Shown here in pieces: positions 1 through 9,718 of a stretch of 64,000 nt of DNA. This stretch comes from Chloroflexota bacterium. Its GTDB lineage: Bacteria; Chloroflexota; Limnocylindria; Limnocylindrales; CSP1-4. The notes below the pieces were generated by a model that was given only the letters and a program-made list of their open reading frames with translations, did no database searches and was not told where the DNA came from. The translations under genes and the position numbers were made by a program. The DNA is taken from contig JBDTUR010000001.1 of the NCBI GenBank assembly GCA_040007635.1, positions 9,205-73,204 on the forward strand, read 5' to 3'. The number at the start of each line of letters is the position of its first letter. Position 1 is the stretch's first letter.

Positions 1-593
1 AGTTATCGTCGCCGGTGAGCAGCGCGATCTGGCGCGGCAGACGCTCGAGCATGCGCCGCGTCAGCAGATAGAGCCGCGCGTCGAAACTGGCCTCTTTGAG
101 CGCCACCACCTGATCGATCGCGGCGATCTGGCGCAGCGTGTCCTCGCTGAAGATCACGCCACCCAGTGCGGGCTGGAGCTGGAAGGCGATCATCGGCAGG
201 CCCACCCCCGTTGCGACGGCTTCGTGGTAAGCGACCGGGATGGCCGGGTCGAGCGGCGTGCCCTGGTAAGCCGGGATGGGGAACATCAGCAAGCCCTGCG
301 CACCAGCGTCGCGGGCGCGCTTGCCCTCCTCCACGGCCTGCTCTGTGAAGCTCGCGCTGAGGCCGGCGATGACCGGGACGCTGCCCGCCTCTTCCACCGC
401 CACGCGCAAGACGGCCTCGCGCTCGTGTGGCCACAGATGCGGTCCCTCGCCGGTATCGGCATTGATCGCCAGGGCAACGGGTCCCTGCGGCAGGAGCCAC
501 TGCAGGTAGCGCCGGTACTGGCGCTCGTCGAATTTGCCGTTGGCGTCGAATGTGACGACGCAGGCGGGGATGATGCCATTCAGGTTGAGCGTC
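1..593 (-). CDS. Dihydrodipicolinate synthase/N-acetylneuraminate lyase (DapA) family aldolase. The 5' end and GTG start at 593 are in the window; the 3' end runs off the left edge.
   Basis: My own translation of the minus strand gives VTLNLNGIIPACVVTFDANGKFDERQYRRYLQWLLPQG...AINADTGEGPHLW...ALKEAS..., the DapA-family pattern (GIIPA.VTPF, TGE..L, KEAS active-site Lys region). AAGGAA sits 8 nt upstream of the GTG. The ORF track does not list it because it runs off the window. Confidence 0.6.
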
Positions 594-1614
594 ACTGGCC
601 ATTCCTTCGTGCGGTTGAGTCACGTAAAACGACTTGAGTTGGCAGGGTCTGGGGCGCGCCGTCCTCGCCGTTGAGCTTGCGCATCGCGTTTTCGAAGCCG
701 CGCCGGCCCATCTCGCGCAGCGGCAGACGCACGGTCGAGAGGTGCGGCGCGGAGAGGGCCGCGATCGAGATATCGTCGAAGCCGGCCACGCTGACGTCGT
801 CCGGGACCGCCCGGCCAAGCTCGGCCAGACGTGTCAGCGCGCCCAGCGCGAGGAGGTCGTTGGCGCAGCAAATGGCGCTGAACTCGACGCCGCGCGCGAG
901 CAGCTCATCGACGCCGACCGCGCCGCCGGCCCGGTCGAAGTCCGTGCTCACGATCAGCCGCTCATCGACCGTAAGGCGCGCGTCGGCCATGCCGCGGCGG
1001 TAGCCCGTGAGTCGCTCGCGCGCCACGAGCAGCGCCGACGGGCCGGCGAGAAACGCGATCCGCTCATGGCCCAACTCGACCAGCGCGGCCACCATGGCGG
1101 CGATGCCGGCAACGTTGTCCACGCCTACGTCGGGCGGACCGCCGGCGTGCGGCGACAGATGGACCACCGCGGAGCCGTTCTCGCGCATGCCCGCGACATG
1201 ACGCTCGAGCTCGAGGTTTGCCTCACCGTCGGCGATACCACTGCCCGCGAAGATCACGGCCGCCGCGCGGAGCGAGCGCAGCAGGCGCGCGTACGAGTTC
1301 TGGCGCGCCGGGTCGCGGTCCGACGAACAGGTGATCACGAGGTACCCGGCAGCGTTGGCCGCATCCTCAACGCCGCGCACGACCTCGTTGAAGTACGGGT
1401 CGGTGATGTCATGGACGATCACCCCCACGATCGGCACGGTGCTCTTCAATAGGCCGCGCGCCAGGGCGTTGGGCACGTAGTCAAGCTCGCGCGCGGCCGC
1501 CAGAACGCGCTCGCGGGTTGCGAGCGAAACCGGGTAGTCCGCCTCGCCCACGACGCGCGATGCCGTCGCGGTCGAGACCCCGGCGAGCTTGGCTACCTGG
1601 GTGATCGAAGCCAT
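592..1614 (-). CDS. LacI-family transcriptional repressor (alternative upstream start at 1668)
   Basis: N-terminal HTH MASITQVAKLAGVSTATASRVV plus a periplasmic-binding-protein-like sugar-binding core. The ATG at 1614 shares one nucleotide with the TGA of the upstream aldehyde dehydrogenase (TGATG). Confidence 0.85.
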   Translation of the reverse strand: MASITQVAKLAGVSTATASRVVGEADYPVSLATRERVLAAARELDYVPNALARGLLKSTVPIVGVIVHDITDPYFNEVVRGVEDAANAAGYLVITCSSDRDPARQNSYARLLRSLRAAAVIFAGSGIADGEANLELERHVAGMRENGSAVVHLSPHAGGPPDVGVDNVAGIAAMVAALVELGHERIAFLAGPSALLVARERLTGYRRGMADARLTVDERLIVSTDFDRAGGAVGVDELLARGVEFSAICCANDLLALGALTRLAELGRAVPDDVSVAGFDDISIAALSAPHLSTVRLPLREMGRRGFENAMRKLNGEDGAPQTLPTQVVLRDSTARRNGQ

Positions 1615-3098
1615 CAGTACGGCGGCCCGAACGACTTGGGCTCGTCGCGCACGGTGAGCCACTGCCACTGCGTGAAAGTGTCGTAGTTGGCCTCAGCGCC
1701 AAACCGGCCGCCGTTGCCACTCATGCCCATGCCACCAAACGGAATCGTGGCCTCGTCGTTGATCGTCTGGTCGTTGACATGGACCATGCCCGCGCGAATC
1801 TGCTGAGCGATAGCGAGGCCGCGCGAGATCGAGCGCGAGTAGACGCCCGCCGCGAGGCCATATTCGGACGCGTTGGCGAGCTCGATCGCTTCCTCGTCGG
1901 TGGCGAAGGTGACGACCGGTGCGACCGGCCCGAAGATCTCGTCGGTCCAGGCGGGCGCATCTAGGTGGACGTCCGACAGAACGGTCGGTCGGTAGAACAG
2001 GCCCTCGTAGGTCCCCCCTTCAACGAGCTTCGCACCGCCGGAGGCGAGGCTGCGCTTGACGATGTCATCGACGCGCTGCAATTGGCGCTCGTTGACGATT
2101 GGCCCGAGGTCGACGTCCGTGCGGTACGGATCGCCCGTGCGCAGCCGCTTGGCCTTCTGGGCGAGCAGGTCGACGTACTCGCCGGCGACGCTCTGGTGAA
2201 CGATGTGGCGGCCGGTCGCGAAGCACACCTGGCCCTGGAACTGGAAGCTGGCGTAGGCGCCCGCGCTGGCGGCCGCGGCCACGTCGGCGTCATCGAGCAC
2301 GATGAGCGGGTTGTTGCCGCCCAGCTCCAGGCTCACCTTCTTCAACAGGCCACCGGCCATGGCACCGACCATCCGCCCGACTTCCGTCGAGCCGGTGAAG
2401 CTGACCAGGTCGACGTTGGGATCGGTCACCAGCGCCTGCCCGGTGTCGGCGTCGCCGATGACGATTTGGAGCAGCCCGTCAGGCAGGCCCGCTTCCTTGA
2501 AGACGGCGGCGAACATGGCGCCGCCACAGACCGGCGTCTGGGGATCGGGCTTGAGGATGACCGCGTTGCCCAGGGCCAGCGCCGGGGCGACGACGCGCAT
2601 CCCCAAGACGCTGGGCGAGTTCCACGGCGTGATCGCGCCCACGACACCGACCGGTATGCGGCGGGTCATGGACAGGCGCTCCTGCTGGACGGTTGGCACG
2701 AGCGAGCCGTACGGCTGCCACGGCATCGCCGCTGCGGCCAGTGCCTCACCCGTGGTGAAGTTCTGCTCGTGGTGCATCTTGTTGTGGTGGGCACCGGTCT
2801 CGCGCATCGTCCACGTGCCGAACTCGGTCCGGTGTGCTTCGTAGATCTCCGCCGCGCGGCGCAGAACGGCCGATCGCTCCTGGTAGGAGGCCGCGGCCCA
2901 CGCCGGCTGCGCCGCCTTGGCCGCGGCCGCGGCACGGGCCACGTCCTGCGGTGTGGACATCTGTATGTCGAGCAGATGGCGACCGGTCGCCGGCTCGTTG
3001 ACGCGGTGCATCTCGCCCGTGCCCGTTTGCCAATCGGCCAGGAACGAGTCCAGCCAGCCGCCTTCCTGTGCCACTTGATCGGGCGCTGTCGCGACCAT
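1614..3098 (-). CDS. NAD(P)-dependent aldehyde dehydrogenase
   Basis: 494 aa with ALDH hallmarks (ELGGNNP, FQFQGQVCFATGR catalytic Cys region, GSTEVG). Confidence 0.9.
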   Translation of the reverse strand: MVATAPDQVAQEGGWLDSFLADWQTGTGEMHRVNEPATGRHLLDIQMSTPQDVARAAAAAKAAQPAWAAASYQERSAVLRRAAEIYEAHRTEFGTWTMRETGAHHNKMHHEQNFTTGEALAAAAMPWQPYGSLVPTVQQERLSMTRRIPVGVVGAITPWNSPSVLGMRVVAPALALGNAVILKPDPQTPVCGGAMFAAVFKEAGLPDGLLQIVIGDADTGQALVTDPNVDLVSFTGSTEVGRMVGAMAGGLLKKVSLELGGNNPLIVLDDADVAAAASAGAYASFQFQGQVCFATGRHIVHQSVAGEYVDLLAQKAKRLRTGDPYRTDVDLGPIVNERQLQRVDDIVKRSLASGGAKLVEGGTYEGLFYRPTVLSDVHLDAPAWTDEIFGPVAPVVTFATDEEAIELANASEYGLAAGVYSRSISRGLAIAQQIRAGMVHVNDQTINDEATIPFGGMGMSGNGGRFGAEANYDTFTQWQWLTVRDEPKSFGPPY

Positions 3099-3103
3099 CT
3101 TCG

Positions 3104-3595
3104 CTACTCCTTGTTGGGTGCCGTCGCGGCGAAGCGATCGGCATAAGTGCGCGGCACGTTGGGTTCCTGGGCGCGCTGGCCCGTGCCCGGATCGCGCCAG
3201 ACCGACCCGCGCGCGAGCACGGCATCGATATGGCCCTCATCCAGGTATTCGGGCACGAGCCATGACTTGACCTCGATGGCCATTTGGCCCGGGTAGCCGA
3301 TCAGCTCGCGTACGCGTTTGTCCGTGTAGTAACCGGCCACGATCGTGAGCTGCAGCGCAGCCAGGTTCGCCGGCTCATTCGCCAGCGCGTCGAGCCGACG
3401 CTGGACGTCACTGCCGAGGTCACTGCGCAGCGCCTCGTTCAAGGGATCGGCGAGATCCGGCCGCGCGCGCAGCACGAAGTCGATCCGATCGTCATTCACC
3501 ACCTCCGCGGCCGACGGCATGCCGTGCGCGGCCGGGATCAGCTGGTCCGCAATCGCTGCGAACGTGGCGCGCTGTTCGACGCTCAACTCGGTCAC
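3104..3595 (-). CDS. Gluconate 2-dehydrogenase subunit 3-like small subunit, partner of the GMC oxidoreductase
   Basis: The ORF frame 3104-3793 contains LSVEQRATFAAIADQLIPAAHGMPSAAEVV, typical of this small-subunit family. The GTG at 3595 overlaps the GMC stop (GTGA); the longer 229-aa ORF would overlap the GMC gene. Confidence 0.6.
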   Translation of the reverse strand: MTELSVEQRATFAAIADQLIPAAHGMPSAAEVVNDDRIDFVLRARPDLADPLNEALRSDLGSDVQRRLDALANEPANLAALQLTIVAGYYTDKRVRELIGYPGQMAIEVKSWLVPEYLDEGHIDAVLARGSVWRDPGTGQRAQEPNVPRTYADRFAATAPNKE

Positions 3596-5295
3596 GATGT
3601 TGTCTCCGCAGTTGGCCTGCGGGCCGCTGCTGCGCGCTCGCCCGCTGCCTCCCAGCTCGCGCTGGGGTGCATCGAGCTCCCTTGCTCCGGCACCTGCTGG
3701 TTGAGGCGCGTCTCGACCATGTGGTCGGCGGCGCGCAGCGCGATGGCAACGATCGTCGAGGTAGGGTTGACGCCCGACGAGGTGACGAAGCACGAGCCAT
3801 CTACGACGTACAGGTTGGGCACGTCGTGCGCCCGGTTCCAGCGGTCCAACACGCTGGTCTTGGGGTCATCGCCCATGCGCGCAGTGCCGAGCAGGTGCCA
3901 ACCGCTGTAGCGCATGAGTCGGTCGACCTCGATCTTGTATGCGCCCGCGGCGTCCATCGATTCCTTCGCCCGCTCGATGTGGAAATCGAGCATGCGCCGG
4001 GCGTTGTCGGCCATGGTGTAGTGGACTTCGGGCGCAGGGATGCCGGAGGAGTCGGTGACAGTGCTCGATAGCGTGATGTGGTTCTTCTCGTCGGGCAGGT
4101 CTTCGGCAAAGAGACCCCAGTTGGCGCCGTGGCCCAGCACTTGCTTGAGCGCGACGTGGTGGTCCGGGCCCCAGGTCTGCTCACCGGCGCGTGCCGGCAG
4201 GGCGGCGTTGACTGGACCGCCTGTTGGCGCAAGCCCCCAGCGCGCGCCGCGAACGAAGCCGCGCTTCTCGTCTGTCTCATAGAACTCGAGCGACTCGATC
4301 AGGTCACCGAACTGGCCCTGCCAGCTCATCAGCGGCTCTTCGAACAGGCCCGCGACGTTGGCAAACGGGTGCATCATCAACCGCTTCCCGACCAGACCGG
4401 AGGAATTCGCCAGTCCATCGGGGAAGCGTGGGCTGTCGCTCAGCAATAGCAGCCGCGGCGTCCCGATCGCATTGGCGGCAAGCACCACGACGCGCGCCGG
4501 CTCGAAGTGGCTGGCGCCATCGCGGTCGATCCACGTCGCGCCGGTGGCAAGACCGTCAGCGTTCGTCTCGATCCGGCTGACCCGGGCGTTGGTGACCAGG
4601 CGCGCGCCTTTGGCAATCGCCTTGGGCCAATGGGTCAGGTCCGTGGAGGCCTTCGCACCTTCGTTGCAACCGCTCTGACAGGTCGAACGCTGGACACACA
4701 CCCGACGGCCGTCGTACGGCGTCGAGTTGATCGAATTGAATTCGGGCCACCAGTGCCAGCCGAGCTTCGTGTGGGCACGCGCCAACTTGAGCCCCGCCGA
4801 CCCAATCGGCAGCGGTGGCATGGGCGGGTCTTCCGAGTCCTGCGGGTAGCCCGGATTGCCCGGCAGTGCGGACACGCCAAAATCGCGGTCTGTCCGGTAG
4901 AAGTAGGGCAGCAGGTCGAAGTAGTCGATCGGCCAGTCGTCGGCGACGCCGTCAAGGCTGCGCACCCGGAAATCTGATGGGAGGGCGCGCGGCCACGCCC
5001 CGGCAAAGATGATGGTCGAGCCGCCCACGGCGTTGTACATGAGTGGGCTGACCGGCGTGTCGTCCTCGACGATCGGGTAGTCCTGGGCGAGGCCGCGGAT
5101 GTTGGGGCTGGTGGCCCAACTCTTGCGCTGGTGCAGCTCCCAATCCAGCTTGTTGCCGGGGTAGTCGTCGCGGTTGAGCCAATCGCCCTGCTCGAGGCAG
5201 ACGACCTTGAAGCCAGCCTCAGACAGAGCCTTGGCGACTACGCCGCCAGAGGCGCCGGCACCGATGATCAGGACGTCTGCTGGTTCGACCGCCAA
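3592..5295 (-). CDS. GMC-family FAD oxidoreductase (glucose-methanol-choline type)
   Basis: N-terminal ADVLIIGAGASGGVVAKALSEAGFKVVCLEQG Rossmann motif and a 567-aa GMC-like length; C-terminal GMC signature region (HLLGTARMG). Confidence 0.9.
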   Translation of the reverse strand: MAVEPADVLIIGAGASGGVVAKALSEAGFKVVCLEQGDWLNRDDYPGNKLDWELHQRKSWATSPNIRGLAQDYPIVEDDTPVSPLMYNAVGGSTIIFAGAWPRALPSDFRVRSLDGVADDWPIDYFDLLPYFYRTDRDFGVSALPGNPGYPQDSEDPPMPPLPIGSAGLKLARAHTKLGWHWWPEFNSINSTPYDGRRVCVQRSTCQSGCNEGAKASTDLTHWPKAIAKGARLVTNARVSRIETNADGLATGATWIDRDGASHFEPARVVVLAANAIGTPRLLLLSDSPRFPDGLANSSGLVGKRLMMHPFANVAGLFEEPLMSWQGQFGDLIESLEFYETDEKRGFVRGARWGLAPTGGPVNAALPARAGEQTWGPDHHVALKQVLGHGANWGLFAEDLPDEKNHITLSSTVTDSSGIPAPEVHYTMADNARRMLDFHIERAKESMDAAGAYKIEVDRLMRYSGWHLLGTARMGDDPKTSVLDRWNRAHDVPNLYVVDGSCFVTSSGVNPTSTIVAIALRAADHMVETRLNQQVPEQGSSMHPSASWEAAGERAAAARRPTAETTS

Positions 5296-5439
5296 CCTCT
5301 TGCGAGCCTCCCGCGTTGGTCGCGCTTACGTCTGACTTAGGCGCGACTTTGGGACGGCGCCCTCCCTCATGAGTCGCCGTCCCTGATCGCCGCGCGGTCG
5401 GAAAGTAAAGGTTTTCTGTCCGCCGCGCAATACCCCCGC

Positions 5440-6240
5440 TCAGTTCGTTTCCGGGCCCTCGCTGACCGACCAGCCGCCGTCAACATCGAGCACTTGCCCG
5501 GTGATCATGCGCGCGTCGTCGCACAGCAGGAAAAGGGCCGCGCCGGTCAGGTCATTTGGCTGCAGGATGCCGTTTGCGAGCGGCTGGCGGACCTGGGCGT
5601 ACGCCAGAATCTGCGGATCCTGCTGGGCACGCTGGCTCATCGGCGTCGCGACCAGGCCCGGCGCGATGACGTTCACCCGAATGCCGTATGGCGCGTAATA
5701 GGCGGCCATGGCGCGCGAGAAAGATTCGATCGCGCCCTTGCTGGCGGCGTAACCGTGCGTGGCGAAATGGGTCGGCTCAGGATGTCGCGCGAGTGTGCTC
5801 GACATGTTGAGGAGCGCGCCCTTCTGGCCGTTTGCGGCGGGTTCCTGGGCGAGCATCTGTTTGATCGCCGCGCGGCATACGAGGAACTGGCTCGTGGCGT
5901 TGTTGGCCAGCGTCTGGTTCCAGCCGTCCAACGTCATCTCGTGCACCGGCCCATCGCCCAACCGGCGGCCGCTGATGCCCGCGACGTTGTAGACGCAGTC
6001 GAGCCGGCCAAACTTCCGCACGAGCTCGTCGATGACCGACTGGACGGCTCCCTCATGCGTGAGATCCGCCGCCCGGCCAGCGCAGGTGGCGCCGAGCTGA
6101 CGCAGGAGATCGTCGACATGCTCGGCCGTGCGCGACACGACGAAGACGCGCGCCCCTTCCTCGTGGAGTGCCAGGGCGGCGGCCGCGGCGATGCCGGTCG
6201 AGCCGGTGACGAGAACGGTGCGGCCGGCGAAGCGGCTCAC
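5440..6240 (-). CDS. SDR-family short-chain dehydrogenase/reductase
   Basis: TVLVTGSTGIAAAAAL cofactor motif and a YAASK catalytic motif; 266 aa. Confidence 0.9.
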   Translation of the reverse strand: MSRFAGRTVLVTGSTGIAAAAALALHEEGARVFVVSRTAEHVDDLLRQLGATCAGRAADLTHEGAVQSVIDELVRKFGRLDCVYNVAGISGRRLGDGPVHEMTLDGWNQTLANNATSQFLVCRAAIKQMLAQEPAANGQKGALLNMSSTLARHPEPTHFATHGYAASKGAIESFSRAMAAYYAPYGIRVNVIAPGLVATPMSQRAQQDPQILAYAQVRQPLANGILQPNDLTGAALFLLCDDARMITGQVLDVDGGWSVSEGPETN

Positions 6241-7553
6241 TGCGCGAGCGCCGGGGCGAGCGGCTCGAGCAGCGCCCCATCCTTCTGGATCCGGTCGCGC
6301 AGCTTTCCGATGTCCAGGGCGCGCGGCGTGGAGTTGCCGCTGGCCGCGAGGGCCGCGGCCGTTCCCGCCGCCTGACCCATCGCCATGCAGGTCGCCATCG
6401 AGCGCGCTGAAGCATGGGCGTCGTGTGTCGAGGAGAAGCAGCGCCCCGCCACCACGAGCGCGTCGAGGCCGGCCGGGAGTAGCGCGCGATACGGGATTCC
6501 GTAGACCGCGCCGTGGCCGCCGCTCGCGACGTATTGCCAGTCCGTCTCGCCACCCGGGCCGTGGTCCTCGATGGGTGCCCCGCAGAGCGCGATCTCGTCG
6601 TCGAAGCGACGCGCGCCCAGGACGTCTTCGCGCGTCAGCTGGTAGTCACCGATCACGCGCCGGCTCTCGCGCACGCCAATTGATGGGCTCGTCCCCACGA
6701 TGACGCTCGCCTCGAAGCCGGGCACCCGGTCGCGCAGGAAGCGGTGGTACTCACGAACCTGGCGGCGACCCTCGAGTTCCGCGTCGGTCAGCGCGACCGG
6801 GTCCGTCGCGTCGATGTTGGGGACGCGCGTCATGTGGACCATCACGATGCCCGCGAACGGGGTGCGGTGCCACGAGCCCTCGAGCCGCGGCAGCTGGTAC
6901 CCGCCGCTCACCGCCGCTTCGCGCATCAAGGCCCAGAGATCAGCCTTCTTTGTCTGGGCGGCGGCTTCGACGTCCACATTCGCGAGGCGGAATAGCGTCG
7001 ACAGACTCTGGACGCGGCCGGTCGTGCCGAAATCTTCGTACCGCGCCCCGGCGAGCGCGGCCACGTCCGCGTCGCCCGACGCGTCGACAACCACATCTGC
7101 GCCAATCCATCGTTCGCCGCCCTTGTTCCAGACGCGCACGGCCGTCACGCACCCCTCCTCGACGCGCACCCCCGTCGCCCACGTGTGGAGCAGCAGCTCA
7201 ACGCCCGCGTCCTGCGCGAGCCGCTCCCAGACGAGCTTGAGCGTTTCTTGGTCGTACGTGACGCCGGTGCCCGCGCCGTAGGTGTTGGGCCGCTCGAAGC
7301 AGACACCGGCGTCGGTCAGGCGTTGAACGACCTCCCAGCCCAGGCCGCCCACGACGCGCAGCGGCTCCGGCGTGGGCGTGTAGAACGCGTAGAACGTGTC
7401 GAGGACTGCGGTCGAGGTGCCGCCCATGAAGCCCAGCCGATCAATCAGCAACGTCCGTGCGCCCGACCTGGCGGCGCTGATGGCGGCCGATGATCCGGCC
7501 GAGCCCGCACCGACCACCACCACCTGGTAGCGGTCGCCAACCTGGCGACTCAT
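6237..7553 (-). CDS. FAD-dependent oxidoreductase
   Basis: N-terminal VVVVGAGSAGSSAAISAARSGARTLLIDR dinucleotide-binding motif; 438 aa. It overlaps its neighbours by 4 nt at both ends. Confidence 0.8.
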   Translation of the reverse strand: MSRQVGDRYQVVVVGAGSAGSSAAISAARSGARTLLIDRLGFMGGTSTAVLDTFYAFYTPTPEPLRVVGGLGWEVVQRLTDAGVCFERPNTYGAGTGVTYDQETLKLVWERLAQDAGVELLLHTWATGVRVEEGCVTAVRVWNKGGERWIGADVVVDASGDADVAALAGARYEDFGTTGRVQSLSTLFRLANVDVEAAAQTKKADLWALMREAAVSGGYQLPRLEGSWHRTPFAGIVMVHMTRVPNIDATDPVALTDAELEGRRQVREYHRFLRDRVPGFEASVIVGTSPSIGVRESRRVIGDYQLTREDVLGARRFDDEIALCGAPIEDHGPGGETDWQYVASGGHGAVYGIPYRALLPAGLDALVVAGRCFSSTHDAHASARSMATCMAMGQAAGTAAALAASGNSTPRALDIGKLRDRIQKDGALLEPLAPALAQ

Positions 7554-8497
7554 GCCGCGATCGGAGTGCGCAGCGCAAACGCCGCAGCCGCGTTGTCGAC
7601 CAGCATCCGCTGCGTCGCAGGCGCGCCGATGCGCTCCCTCAGGCGCGGCACGAAGTTGTCCATGAGGTAGCGCAGCCCGTACCCGCCGTTTACGTGCAGC
7701 GTGCTCGCTCGGCCGATGTCCAGGCCCAACAGAATCCGGTCGCCGTGCCCGGCCGCGCAGACGGCCTCGATGAGGTCGATCCGCACGCTGTCGGGGTGGT
7801 ATTTCGTCCGCCCTATCGTGTCGTAGACGAGCACTACGCCACGCTCGAGCAGATCGATATGGCGCACCGGATCGGGGTTGCGGTCCATGTGGGCCAGGAT
7901 GATCTGCTCAACGGGCAGGCCTTCGCCCACAAGCAAGTCGGTGATCTCGTCGGCACAGGTCGCGGCCTCCGTGTGGACGACAACAGCGACACCGGACTGC
8001 TGCGCGGCAGCCGCGGAACAGATGAGCCGGCGCCGCTCGTTGGGTGTGATCACATCTAGAGAAGCGCCGGCCTTGATGACTCCGGCTTTGGCTGAATCGA
8101 GGGGGGCGGATCGATCGATCCAGTCGGTCGGGTGCATGCCTTGGGTCAAGTCGGTCGCCATTCGCTCCAGGAGCAACTCGTCGGGCGCGGTCAGCACCCA
8201 GTGATCCGGCGGGTAATGCGCGTCGCGGTGGTAGCCGGTCGCGCCTATGACGTAGATGCCCGTCGCCTCAGAAACAGTCCGCATCGCCTCTGGCTGCCGA
8301 CCCAAACCAATCGGCGTCAGCTCCACGATCGTCGCCAAGCCGCTGCGCGCTCCATCGCGCATCTCCTGCGCCACTGCGGCCGGGTCCTCGATCTCCTCGC
8401 CGGCCAGGATGGGCGAGCGCAGGAAGAGATGGTCGTGGGCATCGGTGACGCCCATCTGCTCTGTGCCAATCAGCCCCGTGACGGTCATGACCGCCAT
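7550..8497 (-). CDS. Phosphotriesterase-family (PTE/aryldialkylphosphatase-like) amidohydrolase
   Basis: GVTDAHDHLFL metal-binding His motif near the N-terminus; 315 aa of TIM-barrel hydrolase-like sequence. Confidence 0.75.
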   Translation of the reverse strand: MAVMTVTGLIGTEQMGVTDAHDHLFLRSPILAGEEIEDPAAVAQEMRDGARSGLATIVELTPIGLGRQPEAMRTVSEATGIYVIGATGYHRDAHYPPDHWVLTAPDELLLERMATDLTQGMHPTDWIDRSAPLDSAKAGVIKAGASLDVITPNERRRLICSAAAAQQSGVAVVVHTEAATCADEITDLLVGEGLPVEQIILAHMDRNPDPVRHIDLLERGVVLVYDTIGRTKYHPDSVRIDLIEAVCAAGHGDRILLGLDIGRASTLHVNGGYGLRYLMDNFVPRLRERIGAPATQRMLVDNAAAAFALRTPIAA

Positions 8498-8502
8498 CGT
8501 CT

Positions 8503-9678
8503 CTAGTTCAGCATCTGGATCGGCGTGATGGCATTTAGGAAGCCGTCTGCGTTGCGCGCCTCTAGCAGCGCCGGCTGCGGCGGGCCCAACGTCAGTTCTT
8601 TCGCCTCAGTGACGGCTTGAACGCCCATGAGGTGGTAGGCAGCAGTCAGGGCCTCGCCGAGGTGGGTGCCGAACTGTTCGAGGGCCGCCACGTGCTCGGG
8701 CTTCTTGGGCCGCTCGACGCGGAATGACATGTGAGTGCCCGTGCCCGTTGGCTCGAGCTCGAACATCATCACCAGCTTGAACGGGATCAAAGGGTTGGTC
8801 GAACGCATGGTGATGTAGTCGTTCGGGCGGTAATCGAGGATCTCCTCGATCACCATCGCCTCGCCGTGCGCGCAATGGGTGACGGTCCCGGCGCCGCGTC
8901 GGCCGCCGTCGCCGGGCTGCTGCTCGATGCCCGTGGTGCCTGTCAGGCCCTGCCAACCAAGGCGTCTTCCGGGCGTCGTCAGGAAGTCCCAAACGACCTG
9001 CGGCGGTGCGTTGATCTGGAGCTCCATGTTGAACGCGGCGTCGGCTGGGCTGAAGTAGACGCGCTGCCGCGACTCCTCTTCCTGCCAGCGCTTTTCCAGG
9101 TCGAGCACCCAGATCGGCACTTCGCCAACGTGCTCGTACGCTTGGGAGTGGTGCGTCATCCCAAGCGCCGCCGGGTCAATACCGACCGCGCTGGTGAGCG
9201 TCGCAGTCAACGCCGCGTACGCAGGAACGCCAAGCGTCTCGACGATGTCGTTCTTCAACAGTCGATGGAGGACGATCACGTCTGAGCCAAGCAGCTCCTC
9301 GTGGCCCGCAACCTTCTGGCGGATGACGACGCCCCGGTGCGCGACGAACTTGAGGTTGAGCGTGGGAATCCGCATGCACGCGTTGCACTCGCACGAGGTG
9401 GCCGCGCGGACATCACGCCGACGGCGGCGGAAGCTGAAGTAGCAGCGCTCGATGGTGTCGAGCAGCGTCGAGCCATCGACTTTGTCAGCCGGCGCGAAGC
9501 AGAAGGCCGCGTCACCTTCAAGCTTGGCCAGCCGAAACGCCGGCCGCAGGCTCGTCACGACCGTGCCGATGAGGTCGGCGAGGATGTCCTGAGCGTGATC
9601 GATCTCGACCCCGGCCAGGTACTCGGTGTAGCCGGAGATGTCGGCGATTAGAAGAGTTACCTGCTCAAGCTGATTCAC
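8503..9678 (-). CDS. Fusion of a DUF2652-like (nucleotide-cyclase-like) N-terminal domain and an SRPBCC (polyketide-cyclase/START-like) C-terminal domain. An alternative start at 9744 would overlap the helicase gene.
   Basis: N-terminus LLIADISGYTEYL...CECNAC; the C-terminal half FNMELQINAPPQVVWDFLTTPGRRLGW is SRPBCC-like. The GTG at 9678 avoids the 26-nt overlap with the helicase gene. Confidence 0.5.
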   Translation of the reverse strand: MNQLEQVTLLIADISGYTEYLAGVEIDHAQDILADLIGTVVTSLRPAFRLAKLEGDAAFCFAPADKVDGSTLLDTIERCYFSFRRRRRDVRAATSCECNACMRIPTLNLKFVAHRGVVIRQKVAGHEELLGSDVIVLHRLLKNDIVETLGVPAYAALTATLTSAVGIDPAALGMTHHSQAYEHVGEVPIWVLDLEKRWQEEESRQRVYFSPADAAFNMELQINAPPQVVWDFLTTPGRRLGWQGLTGTTGIEQQPGDGGRRGAGTVTHCAHGEAMVIEEILDYRPNDYITMRSTNPLIPFKLVMMFELEPTGTGTHMSFRVERPKKPEHVAALEQFGTHLGEALTAAYHLMGVQAVTEAKELTLGPPQPALLEARNADGFLNAITPIQMLN

Positions 9679-9718
9679 GCTGATGGAATATTGCCACGCG
9701 GCGCTCCCGGCGCGCGAT

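Noticed and set aside
3-818. Long Arg/Pro-rich ORFs listed on the opposite strand of real genes (for example 3-818, 6053-6553, 16368-17279, 24678-25331, 27298-28224)
   Set aside because: Their composition (R/P/A/G runs, no recognisable domains) and complete overlap with well-supported genes mark them as high-GC shadow ORFs.
8606-8992. Minus-strand alternative-frame ORFs inside the DUF2652/SRPBCC gene, and similar nested ORFs in the helicase gene (for example 9925-10278, 11527-11970)
   Set aside because: They are nested in a different frame of genes with strong domain evidence and are Arg/Ser-rich.
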